From an uncultured Gammaproteobacteria bacterium (GTDB lineage: Bacteria > Patescibacteriota > Patescibacteriia > 2-12-FULL-60-25), in assembly GCA_964415965.1 (NCBI GenBank), contig CAYQCK010000003.1, positions 3,426-67,425 of the forward strand: 64,000 bases of DNA, written 5' to 3'. Below are positions 1-8,798 of the stretch, piece by piece. A program made the position numbers and the translations under genes. How positions within the stretch are numbered: the stretch's first letter is position 1; the number at the start of each line of letters is the position of its first letter. The notes beneath the pieces are model-generated. The model was not told where the DNA came from, searched no databases, and saw only the letters and a list, made by a program, of their open reading frames with translations.

Positions 1-519
1 AATCGCCCGCCCCTTGGCTTTTATTTTGGTCAGGATTTTCTGTACGCTCTCCAGCTCTTCAGTCGAAAAGATGCCGCGCACCGCATCCATATTCGCGATC
101 TCCAAGGTGTCGGCCGGCTTGGCATCGGCCAGATCCTGCAGAATGGCTTTCAAGCCCTCGATCCCCTCGTAGAATTTGACCGCCGGCCTGTCCCCGTGGC
201 GCAACAGCCTGAGGTCGTCCAGGGCGCTTTCGATTTCCCCGACTTTGACCGCCAGGTTATCGACCTGCGACTTTCCGAAATTCACCAGCCGCTCCGGCGG
301 CTCGGCTGCGTACACGTTCCGCTTGCCTTTGAGAACCGACGACATCAAGCCCTTATGCATCAGCTGTTCGATGGCCAGATACGTCGCCGGCCGCGAAAAG
401 CCTGACTTTTTGACGAGCACCTGCGCCTGCGCCGGCCCGCCTTCAAGCGCCGCCAAATACACGGCGACCTCGCTGTCGTTGAGTCCGATGGAACGGATGA
501 GATTTCGGTAGTCGGGCAT
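1..519 (-). CDS. TrmB-family HTH transcriptional regulator; N-terminal 173 aa are in the window and the 3' end runs off the window start
   Basis: Manual translation of the reverse strand is open from the ATG at 517-519 to position 1. It reads MPDYRNLIRSIGLNDSEVAVYLAALEGGPAQAQVLVKKSGFSRPATYLAIEQL..., a typical TrmB winged-helix N-terminus. It is absent from the ORF track only because no stop lies in the window. Confidence 0.6.
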   Translation of the reverse strand, partial: MPDYRNLIRSIGLNDSEVAVYLAALEGGPAQAQVLVKKSGFSRPATYLAIEQLMHKGLMSSVLKGKRNVYAAEPPERLVNFGKSQVDNLAVKVGEIESALDDLRLLRHGDRPAVKFYEGIEGLKAILQDLADAKPADTLEIANMDAVRGIFSTEELESVQKILTKIKAKGRAI

Positions 520-536
520 AAGCTGGAATATTCTTC

Positions 537-1397
537 TTATTTAGCCAGAACATTTCTTACGAAATCGGCGTCCTCCTTACTGACATAGGCATGCGCCATG
601 ATCTTTTCGAATTCCTTGATTTCTTCTGGCAACATGTTGTCATACATTATCCTGAACATTTCCTCATCCCGATATTTTAAGGGGAATTGAAGCAGGCCTC
701 CTGGGATATAGGCACCGTGCTCGACCAATAGCTTGACGATGGCCGTACTGCCGGTAGCGGCTGCCATGAACAGCGGCGAGTCATATCGCTCTGCGATATT
801 GGGATCGGCGCCATGGTCCAACAGGTACGCGACCTCGTCTTCATTCTTTTGCCACGCCGCCCCGCCTAAAATATTCGCGCCTGTGAGATAAGTCACGTTC
901 GGATTCCATCCCGCTTCAACCATAGCCATCCTCAACTCCTTCGATGGCGCGACGGTGATAAGATAAGTCTCGAAAATCGGGTCATCCTTAGGATATCCGG
1001 CCAATATGGACCTCACCCGCTGAATGTCGTTTGCCTTGACGGCTTCGATCAGTTGCGGATCGGCATTTTTCAAAACCCGCCCCTGATCCTCTAGCGACAA
1101 CGGCCCGGATTTCGCCATAGGCTTAGTCGCATCACTCCTTCCAGACGCTGGGATGGATTGGACAACCTCACCGCTGGACGAGGCGGAATCAACCATCCGT
1201 GACGCTCGGGCAGCCTCCAGTCTGGCCGACTCCGTTGGCGACAAGCTCCTTTCGCCTTCCCCCAGGCCTCGGAAATTCCAAATCGCCGCCACGGTCAAAA
1301 TGATGGTCAACGGTACCACCAGCACCAAACCGATCAAGGCGGTGGTCAACGGAATCTGTTTCAGATTCTTCATACTCTGTGCAGCATAATACCCCAC
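537..1397 (-). CDS. ankyrin-repeat protein with an N-terminal transmembrane helix
   Basis: 286-aa ORF with an N-terminal hydrophobic segment (LTTALIGLVLVVPLTIILTVAAIW). ANK-repeat consensus is visible (LLDHGADPNIAERYDSPLFMAAATGSTAIVKLLVEHGA). Confidence 0.7.
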   Translation of the reverse strand: MGYYAAQSMKNLKQIPLTTALIGLVLVVPLTIILTVAAIWNFRGLGEGERSLSPTESARLEAARASRMVDSASSSGEVVQSIPASGRSDATKPMAKSGPLSLEDQGRVLKNADPQLIEAVKANDIQRVRSILAGYPKDDPIFETYLITVAPSKELRMAMVEAGWNPNVTYLTGANILGGAAWQKNEDEVAYLLDHGADPNIAERYDSPLFMAAATGSTAIVKLLVEHGAYIPGGLLQFPLKYRDEEMFRIMYDNMLPEEIKEFEKIMAHAYVSKEDADFVRNVLAK

Positions 1398-1446
1398 GGC
1401 AGACGATTATCCAAAAACAAAATCCCCCTCTTCGGGGGATTCCGTC

Positions 1447-1533
1447 TGGTGCACAGGAGAGGATTTGAACCTCCATGGGGTTGCCCCCGCTAGCCCCTCA
1501 AGCTAGTGCGTATACCAATTCCGCCACCTGTGC
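1447..1533 (-). tRNA. tRNA-Leu, anticodon GAG, class II with a long variable arm
   Basis: The reverse complement folds as a cloverleaf with a 7-bp acceptor stem (GCACAGG/CCTGTGC), an anticodon stem CTAGC/GCTAG around loop TTGAGGG, a long variable arm, a GGTTCAAATCC T-loop and 3' CCA. Length is 87 nt. Confidence 0.85.
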
Positions 1534-2374
1534 TCGCTTTCTGCGTTTGGACGGTCGTGAACGGAAGATTAGCAGCCTTATCCGCTTTTGGCAACCCCTC
1601 TCCTTCGGGCGCCAGGCGGCGCCTTCGGCCGGTTATCAGCTTGAGTTTCTGCGGGCAGATGCTGACCTTGAAACGCATGCTGTTCATGACGTGGTTGTCG
1701 ACTTTGGCCTCGACCGGCTGGCTGGCCGTGATTTCGCCGTTCTGCAGCATGACGCGGGTTTCGGCCGCGGCCGGGCGCCTGAAGAAACGGTTCGTCTTCT
1801 CCTCTTCCGGACGGATGACGACTTCGAGATAGCCGTCTTTCGCGTCGGCGTTAGCCGTCCCGTTCTCGGCCAAGCTCCCCAGGTTCCGGATGAAGACCGA
1901 ACCCCCGACCGCCGGCGAGATGCGGTATCTGCCCTCGACGTCGACCGCGGCCAAGGTGCGCTCAAGCGCGACCTCGGTCAGGAAATACCGGTCATCCAGC
2001 CGGCCGACATCGACCGTCTCGATGAGCCGCGCGGCCAAGACGTCGCAAGCTGCCTCTCCCGTGGGGATGCCGAGGATGCGCGCGACCTTGGACGGCTCGG
2101 CGACCGGCAGGTAGCCGAGCGTCACGTCCAGATCCGGCAGGAACCACATCACCTTGTCGAGCGTCTGGTCGTTGCCGACCAGGACGACCGTGTCGGAACC
2201 CTGGCTGACCATGCTCTGGATGAGGTCCTTGGCGTTGCGGAACAGCGTCAACCGGGCGGCTCGCCCGACCAAATCCAAAGACGCCAGCCGTGCATCCAGC
2301 GCGGCCAAATCGCGTTCGTATTTACGGTCGTTCAGGAAATCGTCGTAAATGAACGCGTAGGTGTCGCGACGCAT
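1490..2374 (-). CDS. DAGK_cat/YegS-like lipid-kinase family protein with a degenerate GGDGT motif; the C-terminal tail overlaps tRNA-Leu
   Basis: ORF-track protein (303 aa, likely start at MRRDTYAFIYDDF). The VVLVGNDQTL segment resembles the GGDGT loop of diacylglycerol-kinase catalytic-domain proteins. The stop at 1490 lies inside the tRNA at 1447-1533. Confidence 0.55.
   Translation of the reverse strand: MRRDTYAFIYDDFLNDRKYERDLAALDARLASLDLVGRAARLTLFRNAKDLIQSMVSQGSDTVVLVGNDQTLDKVMWFLPDLDVTLGYLPVAEPSKVARILGIPTGEAACDVLAARLIETVDVGRLDDRYFLTEVALERTLAAVDVEGRYRISPAVGGSVFIRNLGSLAENGTANADAKDGYLEVVIRPEEEKTNRFFRRPAAAETRVMLQNGEITASQPVEAKVDNHVMNSMRFKVSICPQKLKLITGRRRRLAPEGEGLPKADKAANLPFTTVQTQKASTGGGIGIRTSLRG
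1566..1594 (-). promoter_or_regulatory. sigma70-like promoter for tRNA-Leu (TTGCCA-N17-TAATCT), lying inside the upstream CDS
   Basis: The reverse strand reads TTGCCA aaagcggataaggctgc TAATCT about 30 nt upstream of the mature tRNA 5' end. Confidence 0.4.
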
Positions 2375-2428
2375 AGCGGAATCCGATGCGCAAAGCCCCA
2401 AGCGCGGGCTTTGGGTATCAGCTCCCTA

Positions 2429-2863
2429 TCAGGCCGCCGGCTTCTCGGCCGCCGCCTGCTGTTTGGAAGATTCCTTCCCGGGCTTGCCCTGACCGATGGT
2501 GCACTTGCCGTGGAGGACCGCCCCGGCCTCGACCGAGGCCGTCTCGCAGACCACGTCGCCCATGATCTTCGCCGTGGCCTTGAGCTCCAGGCGCTTCTTG
2601 ACCGTCACCGTGCCCTCGACCAATCCGGCGATGACCGCATCGTCGGCCGCGACCTCGGCTTTCAGCTTGGCCTCGGTCCCGACGGTCAGCAGACCGCTCG
2701 TCGAGACGTGCCCGTTGACCTCGCCCTCGATGATCACATCCCCTTGGCTGACGAAATCGCCCTCGACCTTGACCCCGCGGGCGATGACCGTCGCCCCGTT
2801 GGTCGAAGGAGCCGAAACCGGCTCGTATTCCGGCCTGTCAGGCCGTCTGTTTGATGAAAACAT
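2429..2863 (-). CDS. bactofilin (DUF583) cytoskeletal protein
   Basis: Repetitive beta-helical pattern (ARGVKVEGDFVSQGDVIIEGEVNGHVSTSGLLTVGTEAKLKAEV...) and a Pro/Ala-rich tail, typical of bactofilins. Start chosen at MFSSNRRPD. Confidence 0.7.
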   Translation of the reverse strand: MFSSNRRPDRPEYEPVSAPSTNGATVIARGVKVEGDFVSQGDVIIEGEVNGHVSTSGLLTVGTEAKLKAEVAADDAVIAGLVEGTVTVKKRLELKATAKIMGDVVCETASVEAGAVLHGKCTIGQGKPGKESSKQQAAAEKPAA

Positions 2864-2966
2864 ACCGCCATAACCTACCTTCAAAAGGGCTAAAAGTCAA
2901 AAAATGCCGAGAGCCAATCGTCGGCGGTCGGCGGTGTCGAGCGAGCCGGCTCGTGCTCTCGGCTCT

Positions 2967-4562
2967 CTACTCACGGCTGTCGGCTGACGCCTCGAACGGC
3001 AATCTGAAGCTGAACGTCGTCCCCAGCCCCGGCCCGGCGCATTGGACACCGATGGTGCCGCCCGCGGCTTCGACCAATTTTTTCACGATATACAGGCCCA
3101 AGCCGGTGCCGTCTGACTGGTGCATGCGGCCGACCTTGCCCCGATGGAACTTACGGAACAGGTCACGGCATTCGTCTTGGGTCAGGCCCGGGCCGGTATC
3201 CGAGACCGAAACCAGGATCTCACCCTTGCCCAGTCGGCAACCGACCATGACCTTGCCCTTGTCGGTGTATTTGACCGCGTTGTCTATCAGGTTGAACAGG
3301 GCGTTCTCCAGCACTTCCTTGTCGAGCTTGGCGACCTGCGGGATGTCGTCCGCGATGTCCTGGACCAACTCGAGATTCTTGGCGCCGGCCAAAGTCGACA
3401 TCTCGTTGAAGATGTCCGTCACCTCCTTGCGCACGTCGGTCGGCACGCGGCTGGTCTGGTACATCCCGACCTCGATGCGCGAGGCGTTCAGGAAGGTATC
3501 GGACAAAGACAGCAGGCGGCTGGCCGTTTCTTGGATCTGAGACGACACCTTCGACGCCTTTTCCGGGACCGGCCCGAAATCGCCGCCGGCCAGCATGGAG
3601 CTCGCCGACCGGATGCCGCCCAGGGGGCCGCGCAGCTGATGCGCTACCATGTCGATGAAATCCGAGCGCGCCGATTCGAGCATCCGGAGCTGGCGGTTGG
3701 CGTCCTCGAGCAGCCGGCGCTTGGTCTGCTCACCGCGGACCGTGCTGATGGCCAAAAGGGCGAACAGGGCCACGACCACGGATCCGAGGAAAGCCACCAA
3801 CGCCTCGCTCGTGTCGCGCGAACGCAGGAGGATGACGACGGCATAGGCCGACAAAAGCAGGAAAAAGGCTTCGAGCGGACCGAGTTCGACCTCCATGAAA
3901 TCCACGCGCACGAACGCCAAAAGCGAGACGACCAGGATGGACAGGCTCAAGAGCGGGAGGACCAACCCGATGGGCACCGGGCTGATGAACAACTGCAGCG
4001 ATCCGATTATCAGGAACAGCGTCAGGATGACGATGCCGTAGGTCGCCCGGCGCCTTTCCAGGTAGGCGGCGGTCGACGAGACGGTCACCGGGTACAGGCT
4101 GAAGCACACATACAGCAATGCGGCCGCGTACAGGACCAATCCCATGCCGGCCGCGCTTTGCAGGCAAAATTCCTTGGGGATGCCTTGCCAACCGAAGTAT
4201 GACGCGACCTGGCCCATGGTCAGGCAGGTCAGCGCCAACAGACCGGCGAAATACGCGAGATAACCGCACGTCTTGGCCGACGAGCGGGCCAAGTGCGCGG
4301 CGGAGTGGATGGCCAAGGCCGGACCGAAACATACGGTCGCATAAAAAATACCTTTCCAGACCAAGGCCTGGAAAGGCAAGACCGCCGTCTGCATCTGCAT
4401 GAACCAATCCGCCATGGTCCAGAGCGACAAACAGAAGGCCATCAGGAAAAACAGGACGTTCCCCGCCTGCCACTTGTTGCACCACCAGGCCATCAAACCC
4501 AAAAACAGGATGGCGTATCCGGCGCCGACCGTCAGGGTCATCTCGAGCGGCAGGAGGTGCAT
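2967..4562 (-). CDS. multi-pass membrane sensor histidine kinase (HisKA + HATPase_c)
   Basis: 531 aa with many N-terminal TM helices. It has an H-box (MVAHQLRGPL), N-box (LIDNAVKYT) and G-boxes (DTGPGL, GTGLGL). No response regulator is adjacent. Confidence 0.8.
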   Translation of the reverse strand: MHLLPLEMTLTVGAGYAILFLGLMAWWCNKWQAGNVLFFLMAFCLSLWTMADWFMQMQTAVLPFQALVWKGIFYATVCFGPALAIHSAAHLARSSAKTCGYLAYFAGLLALTCLTMGQVASYFGWQGIPKEFCLQSAAGMGLVLYAAALLYVCFSLYPVTVSSTAAYLERRRATYGIVILTLFLIIGSLQLFISPVPIGLVLPLLSLSILVVSLLAFVRVDFMEVELGPLEAFFLLLSAYAVVILLRSRDTSEALVAFLGSVVVALFALLAISTVRGEQTKRRLLEDANRQLRMLESARSDFIDMVAHQLRGPLGGIRSASSMLAGGDFGPVPEKASKVSSQIQETASRLLSLSDTFLNASRIEVGMYQTSRVPTDVRKEVTDIFNEMSTLAGAKNLELVQDIADDIPQVAKLDKEVLENALFNLIDNAVKYTDKGKVMVGCRLGKGEILVSVSDTGPGLTQDECRDLFRKFHRGKVGRMHQSDGTGLGLYIVKKLVEAAGGTIGVQCAGPGLGTTFSFRLPFEASADSRE

Positions 4563-4649
4563 AAACGACGGGGAACGGAGGGATTGGAAAACAGGATATA
4601 TTTTATCCTGTTTTTGGCGTTGAGCCTAATTTTTTCCCGCAGCCGTCCA

Positions 4650-6515
4650 TCACATCTCCTCCGGCACCGGGATGCCGAGGAGGTCCAAGCCCAATATCAT
4701 GACGGAGGCCGCCGAAGCCACGAGCTGGAGGCGCGCCTGCTTCACGCCGAAAGGCGCCTCCAGGACCTTCACGTCGCGATAGAATTCGTTGGCCGCCGTT
4801 GCTGCGGCCAGGCACCACTGGGCCAAACCCGACGGGTCGAGTTCCGCGCCCGCGGCTTTGACTGCCGCCGGGAAATCCGCGAGCTGGATGGCCAGCTTCT
4901 TTTCGGCCGGTTCGGTCAGCTGGAGCCTGTCCCCCGCCTCGACCCCCGTCTCCGGTTTCCAGTCCGCCTTGCGCAGGATGGATTTGAGCCGCGTCACGGC
5001 GTACTGCACATACGGACCCGTGTCGCCGTCGAACGACAGGGATTTCTCGAGGTCGAAAGTGATTATCTTCTCGCTGTCCTGCCGGAGCATCCCGAACTTG
5101 AGTCCGCCCATGGCCAAGCACCAGGCCACATGCTCGACTTTGCCGTCCGGCCAATCCTCATGGCGCTTGCGCGTCTCGCCCCTGGCGTACCCGACGACCT
5201 CATCCCGGAAGCTTCCGTAAGTCACGACATTGCCCTCGCGGCTCGACATCGCGCCGCTCTTGAGCGTCAGGAATTCGTAGCCGACATACTCCAGAGGCTT
5301 CTTGACCCCCATCAGCTCCAATGTCCGGAAGAGCTGTTTGAAATACAGCGACTGCCGGAAATCGACCACGTGCAGGCTGCGCTCGAGCTTGGGGTATTCC
5401 TCGAATTTGAGCTTCGCCAGCGCCAGGTCCTTGGTCGCGTAGAGCGAAGTGCCGTCAGATTTCCGCACCAGGAAGACACCCAGCTTCTCCTGCTCCAGGT
5501 CGACGACGATAGCTCCCTGGCTCGGTCGGGCGATGCCGTTCTTCAGGAGTTCGTCCACGATGCGCTGGCCCGCGTCCACCACCTCGCTCTCGAAATACGG
5601 TCGGTCGATAGCCACGCCCAGTTCCTGGAACACCTGCGTCATTTCGGCCACGGACCAACGGCGCGTCTCCTGCCAAATCCTCATCCACCCCGGCTTTTTG
5701 GCCTCCAGATCCAGCTGCACTTGCGACACTTGGGTCTTCCAATCCGGGTTCTCCTCCAAGAGCTTGCTGGCTTCGGCGTACAGCTGCCCGAGATACTGGC
5801 CGGTGCGCCGGTCTTTCGGGATGGACGAAAGCATCGCGTCAGCCATGGCTTCATCCAAATCCGCCAGGACGTGCGCCGTCCACTGCTCGGCATCCATGCC
5901 CGGCTCTTCCGGCTCGCCTTTCTTGGCCTTCTGCGGTTTCGGTTGGGCCACGGCGCCCGAATGGGTGCGCGCCAAAAGCCACAGGCACTTGGCCACATGC
6001 GCGCCTACGTCGCCGTGGTAACTCGCGGACACGACTTTCCAGCCGTTGGCCTGCAGCGCCTTGGCCAGGGATACCCCGAGGACCAGGTTGCGCAGATGCC
6101 CGACGTGGATTTCCTTGTGCGTGTTCGGCTGGGCGTATTCGACCATGACCTGGCGGCCTTGGCCTTCGTCGGTGGCGCCGTATCTGCCCGCGTGATGTTC
6201 GATTTCCTGGACGATGCGCGACACGAAATCACCCGTCTTCAAGGTGACGTTGAGATACGGACCGGTCGCGCTGACGCTCTCGATGGTATGGTCGCCCTCC
6301 CCGAGCTTGCCCGCGATGTCCTTGGCGACGTCTGCCGGGCTTTTGCCGAGCTGCTTCGAGGCCTTGAAACAGCCGAAAGCCATGTCGCCAAGCTTCGCGT
6401 CCGGCGGTTTGCCGAGATCCTCGATGCCGACCTCGACCTTCAGCGCCTCGGTCGACAGGGCTTCGGAGATTTTCCGCGCGACGTGCAGTTTTATCGCTTC
6501 CCAGGTATAGGTCAT
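4650..6515 (-). CDS. argS: arginyl-tRNA synthetase
   Basis: 621 aa. Class I HIGH-like motif (PNTHKEIHVGHLRN), ArgRS N-terminal additional domain and C-terminal DALR-like anticodon-binding domain. Confidence 0.95.
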   Translation of the reverse strand: MTYTWEAIKLHVARKISEALSTEALKVEVGIEDLGKPPDAKLGDMAFGCFKASKQLGKSPADVAKDIAGKLGEGDHTIESVSATGPYLNVTLKTGDFVSRIVQEIEHHAGRYGATDEGQGRQVMVEYAQPNTHKEIHVGHLRNLVLGVSLAKALQANGWKVVSASYHGDVGAHVAKCLWLLARTHSGAVAQPKPQKAKKGEPEEPGMDAEQWTAHVLADLDEAMADAMLSSIPKDRRTGQYLGQLYAEASKLLEENPDWKTQVSQVQLDLEAKKPGWMRIWQETRRWSVAEMTQVFQELGVAIDRPYFESEVVDAGQRIVDELLKNGIARPSQGAIVVDLEQEKLGVFLVRKSDGTSLYATKDLALAKLKFEEYPKLERSLHVVDFRQSLYFKQLFRTLELMGVKKPLEYVGYEFLTLKSGAMSSREGNVVTYGSFRDEVVGYARGETRKRHEDWPDGKVEHVAWCLAMGGLKFGMLRQDSEKIITFDLEKSLSFDGDTGPYVQYAVTRLKSILRKADWKPETGVEAGDRLQLTEPAEKKLAIQLADFPAAVKAAGAELDPSGLAQWCLAAATAANEFYRDVKVLEAPFGVKQARLQLVASAASVMILGLDLLGIPVPEEM

Positions 6516-7888
6516 ACCAGTTTCACGAAGAACCGCTTGCCCTTCTGGATGACCGACCCGGCCGCGGCTTCCGACTCGGCATCATCCACGATTACGTCAT
6601 CGATTTTGACCGCGCCCTGCTCGATCTGCCGCCGCGCTTCGCTCTTGGAGGGCACTAGGCCGGACTCGACCAGGGCGTCCACTATTTTTACGCTGCCGGA
6701 GACCTTCAGCTCGGGGATTTCGTCCGGCACCTCGTGTTTCTGGTGCACGGTCGTGAAATGCCCCTCGGCCTTGTCCGCCGCCTCTGCCGACACGAAAGCA
6801 CGCACGACTTCCTTGGCCAAGCGGCGCTTGAAGCCCATCGGGTTTTCGCCGTCTTCCATGGCCGACTTCATCTTCTCGATGTCTCCGTCCGGGACGTCGG
6901 TACACAGCTCGAACCCCGGGATGATCATCCCGTCGGTCCAGCTCATGACCTTGCCGTACATGTCTTCCGGCGCATCCTGCAGCGTGATCATGTTGCCCTC
7001 GCTCTTGCCCATCTTCTTGCCGGTCGGGTCGGTCAGGAGCTTGCAGGTCAGGACGAATTTTTCCTTGCCCTTCATCTCCCGCATCAGCGTCCTTCCGGCC
7101 AGCATGTTGAACGTCTGGTCGTTGCCCCCGATTTCCAGGTCCACGTCCATGGCCACCGAGTCATAGCCCTGCATCAGCGGATACAGGATTTCGTGGAGAT
7201 ACACAGGCCGCGGCGAATGGACCTCGCCGGCCGATTCCGGGGAATATTCGTGACGGCATTTCTTGCACTTCCAAAGACGGTCCTCGTCGTAGGTCGAGAC
7301 CAAGATGTGGTTGCCCTTCTCGTCGGTCGACGTCTCCTGCGTGTCCGCCGACATGTAGTTCTCGTTGCCGCACTTAGGGCAGGCCGAACGCCACGACATC
7401 CGCCGCCGGAACATGTCGCGTTCCAGCGTCTGCTGGACCGTGAAGTGTGACGCCAGCTCCACCACGTCGGCGAACGTCATCTTGCCCAGCCAGTCGTTGT
7501 TGAACTTGAGCTCGACCGGATTGTCCCCGCCGAAATCCAAGATCTTGGAAGCCTGTTCCTGATAACCCTTGCAGTTCTCGAGGACCTGTTCGCGCGTCAG
7601 CTTGACCCTGGTCGCCGTCTTGTCCGTCGGGTCGCCGATCATCGCGGTGAAATCCCCGATGAGCAGGATGACCCGATGCCCCAACCTCTGGAGCTCGGCG
7701 AGTTTGCGCAACGCGATGGCGTGTCCGAGATGCAGGGACGGCCCGCTCGGGTCCACGCCCAGGTAGACGGTGATGCGCTTGCCGGATTTCAGGAGCGCGC
7801 CGAGCGCTTCCGGCGTCGGGTACACGTTCTCCACGGCACGCGTCAGGAACGCGGCCACCGCGGCTTGGTCGGTATTTACGTTTTCCAT
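6512..7888 (-). CDS. tyrS: tyrosyl-tRNA synthetase with a Cys4 zinc-ribbon insertion and C-terminal S4 domain
   Basis: HIGH (HLGH) and KMSKS (KMGKS) motifs, with a C-terminal S4-like domain. Start is at MENVNTDQ (ATG 7886-7888). The stop overlaps the argS start by 4 nt. Confidence 0.9.
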   Translation of the reverse strand: MENVNTDQAAVAAFLTRAVENVYPTPEALGALLKSGKRITVYLGVDPSGPSLHLGHAIALRKLAELQRLGHRVILLIGDFTAMIGDPTDKTATRVKLTREQVLENCKGYQEQASKILDFGGDNPVELKFNNDWLGKMTFADVVELASHFTVQQTLERDMFRRRMSWRSACPKCGNENYMSADTQETSTDEKGNHILVSTYDEDRLWKCKKCRHEYSPESAGEVHSPRPVYLHEILYPLMQGYDSVAMDVDLEIGGNDQTFNMLAGRTLMREMKGKEKFVLTCKLLTDPTGKKMGKSEGNMITLQDAPEDMYGKVMSWTDGMIIPGFELCTDVPDGDIEKMKSAMEDGENPMGFKRRLAKEVVRAFVSAEAADKAEGHFTTVHQKHEVPDEIPELKVSGSVKIVDALVESGLVPSKSEARRQIEQGAVKIDDVIVDDAESEAAAGSVIQKGKRFFVKLV

Positions 7889-8053
7889 ACGCCTCAAGAC
7901 TAACGGAAACGGCGTAAATATGCAAAATTTCCGGCGCTGGCGCCGACCCGGGCAAAACCCTCCCGAAGGGCACGGATTTATCCCTAACTTCTGCACATCC
8001 GACCCTGCACACGAGGTGTTTCGCGTGCTACACTCCGGCACCGGGAGAAACTG

Positions 8054-8689
8054 ATGGACTATTCGCACATTTCATCTTGCCGCGATGTCGATGAGGAAGT
8101 CTTCGCCTCGGCCTCACTCAAGCGCGGAAGCTCCCTCAAGCTGCTGGCGCGCCTCTGCGACATCTGCACCCCCGACTCCGGCGAGGAGCACCTCATGGTG
8201 TTCGTCGCGCGGATCGCCATGCGCGATTGGCTCAAGGGCTGCGTCCGCCTGGACATCCACCGGTTGGCCGACGGCCTGAACGTCCTGATCCTCGCCTGCG
8301 AGGAAGGCAGTGAGGCCGCGGAACTCGTCTTCGAACGCGAATTCCGCTCCAGTTTCGGCCGGCTCAAGCTCATCAGCGAGGATGCCGCGGCCATCCTGCC
8401 CTTCGCGGTCTACGAGTCCACGGAACAGCACCTTTCGCTCGAAGCCCTGCGCTTCAAGCGCGCCTCGACCGTGCCTCCCGCGCCGTTCCTCGACGCCAGC
8501 GCGCGCCTGAGCGACAAGCTCAGCCTCAGCTACGAAAGCGTCTACACCTCGGCGGAAGACGACCCCGAAGGCACGGCCGTCACCCAAAAACGCTTCGTGG
8601 CGCAACCGCTCGATGCGGTCCTCGAGTCCCGCCATGCGCTCACCTCAAGAGGCCTGTCCGCGGACGACCTCGATTCGGACTGGACCTGA
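8054..8689 (+). CDS. hypothetical protein
   Basis: 211-aa ORF with an SD-like GGGAGA 8 nt upstream of the ATG. No recognisable domain. The competing antisense ORF is Arg/Ala-rich. Confidence 0.4.
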   Translation: MDYSHISSCRDVDEEVFASASLKRGSSLKLLARLCDICTPDSGEEHLMVFVARIAMRDWLKGCVRLDIHRLADGLNVLILACEEGSEAAELVFEREFRSSFGRLKLISEDAAAILPFAVYESTEQHLSLEALRFKRASTVPPAPFLDASARLSDKLSLSYESVYTSAEDDPEGTAVTQKRFVAQPLDAVLESRHALTSRGLSADDLDSDWT

Positions 8690-8798
8690 ACCGCCCCGGA
8701 ATTCCGGCTCGCGGTCCATCGCCCCCACGGCACTCGCCTGGGGGCTGTTTTTATCCAAAAGGCGCGGCCTGAGCCGCGCCATTTTTCTTTTCAGCCCT

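Noticed and set aside
176-511. Two plus-strand ORFs (111 and 69 aa) at the window start
   Set aside because: They are antisense to a clearly recognisable TrmB-family regulator. That regulator is open on the minus strand to the window edge, and the ORF track cannot list it.
1475-2854. 459-aa plus-strand ORF
   Set aside because: Antisense to the DAGK-like and bactofilin genes and overlapping tRNA-Leu. Arg/Asp/Gly-rich composition with no motifs.
4293-7166. 957-aa plus-strand ORF
   Set aside because: Entirely antisense to argS and tyrS. The translation is Arg/Gly/Ala/Pro-rich low-complexity, typical of a high-GC shadow frame.
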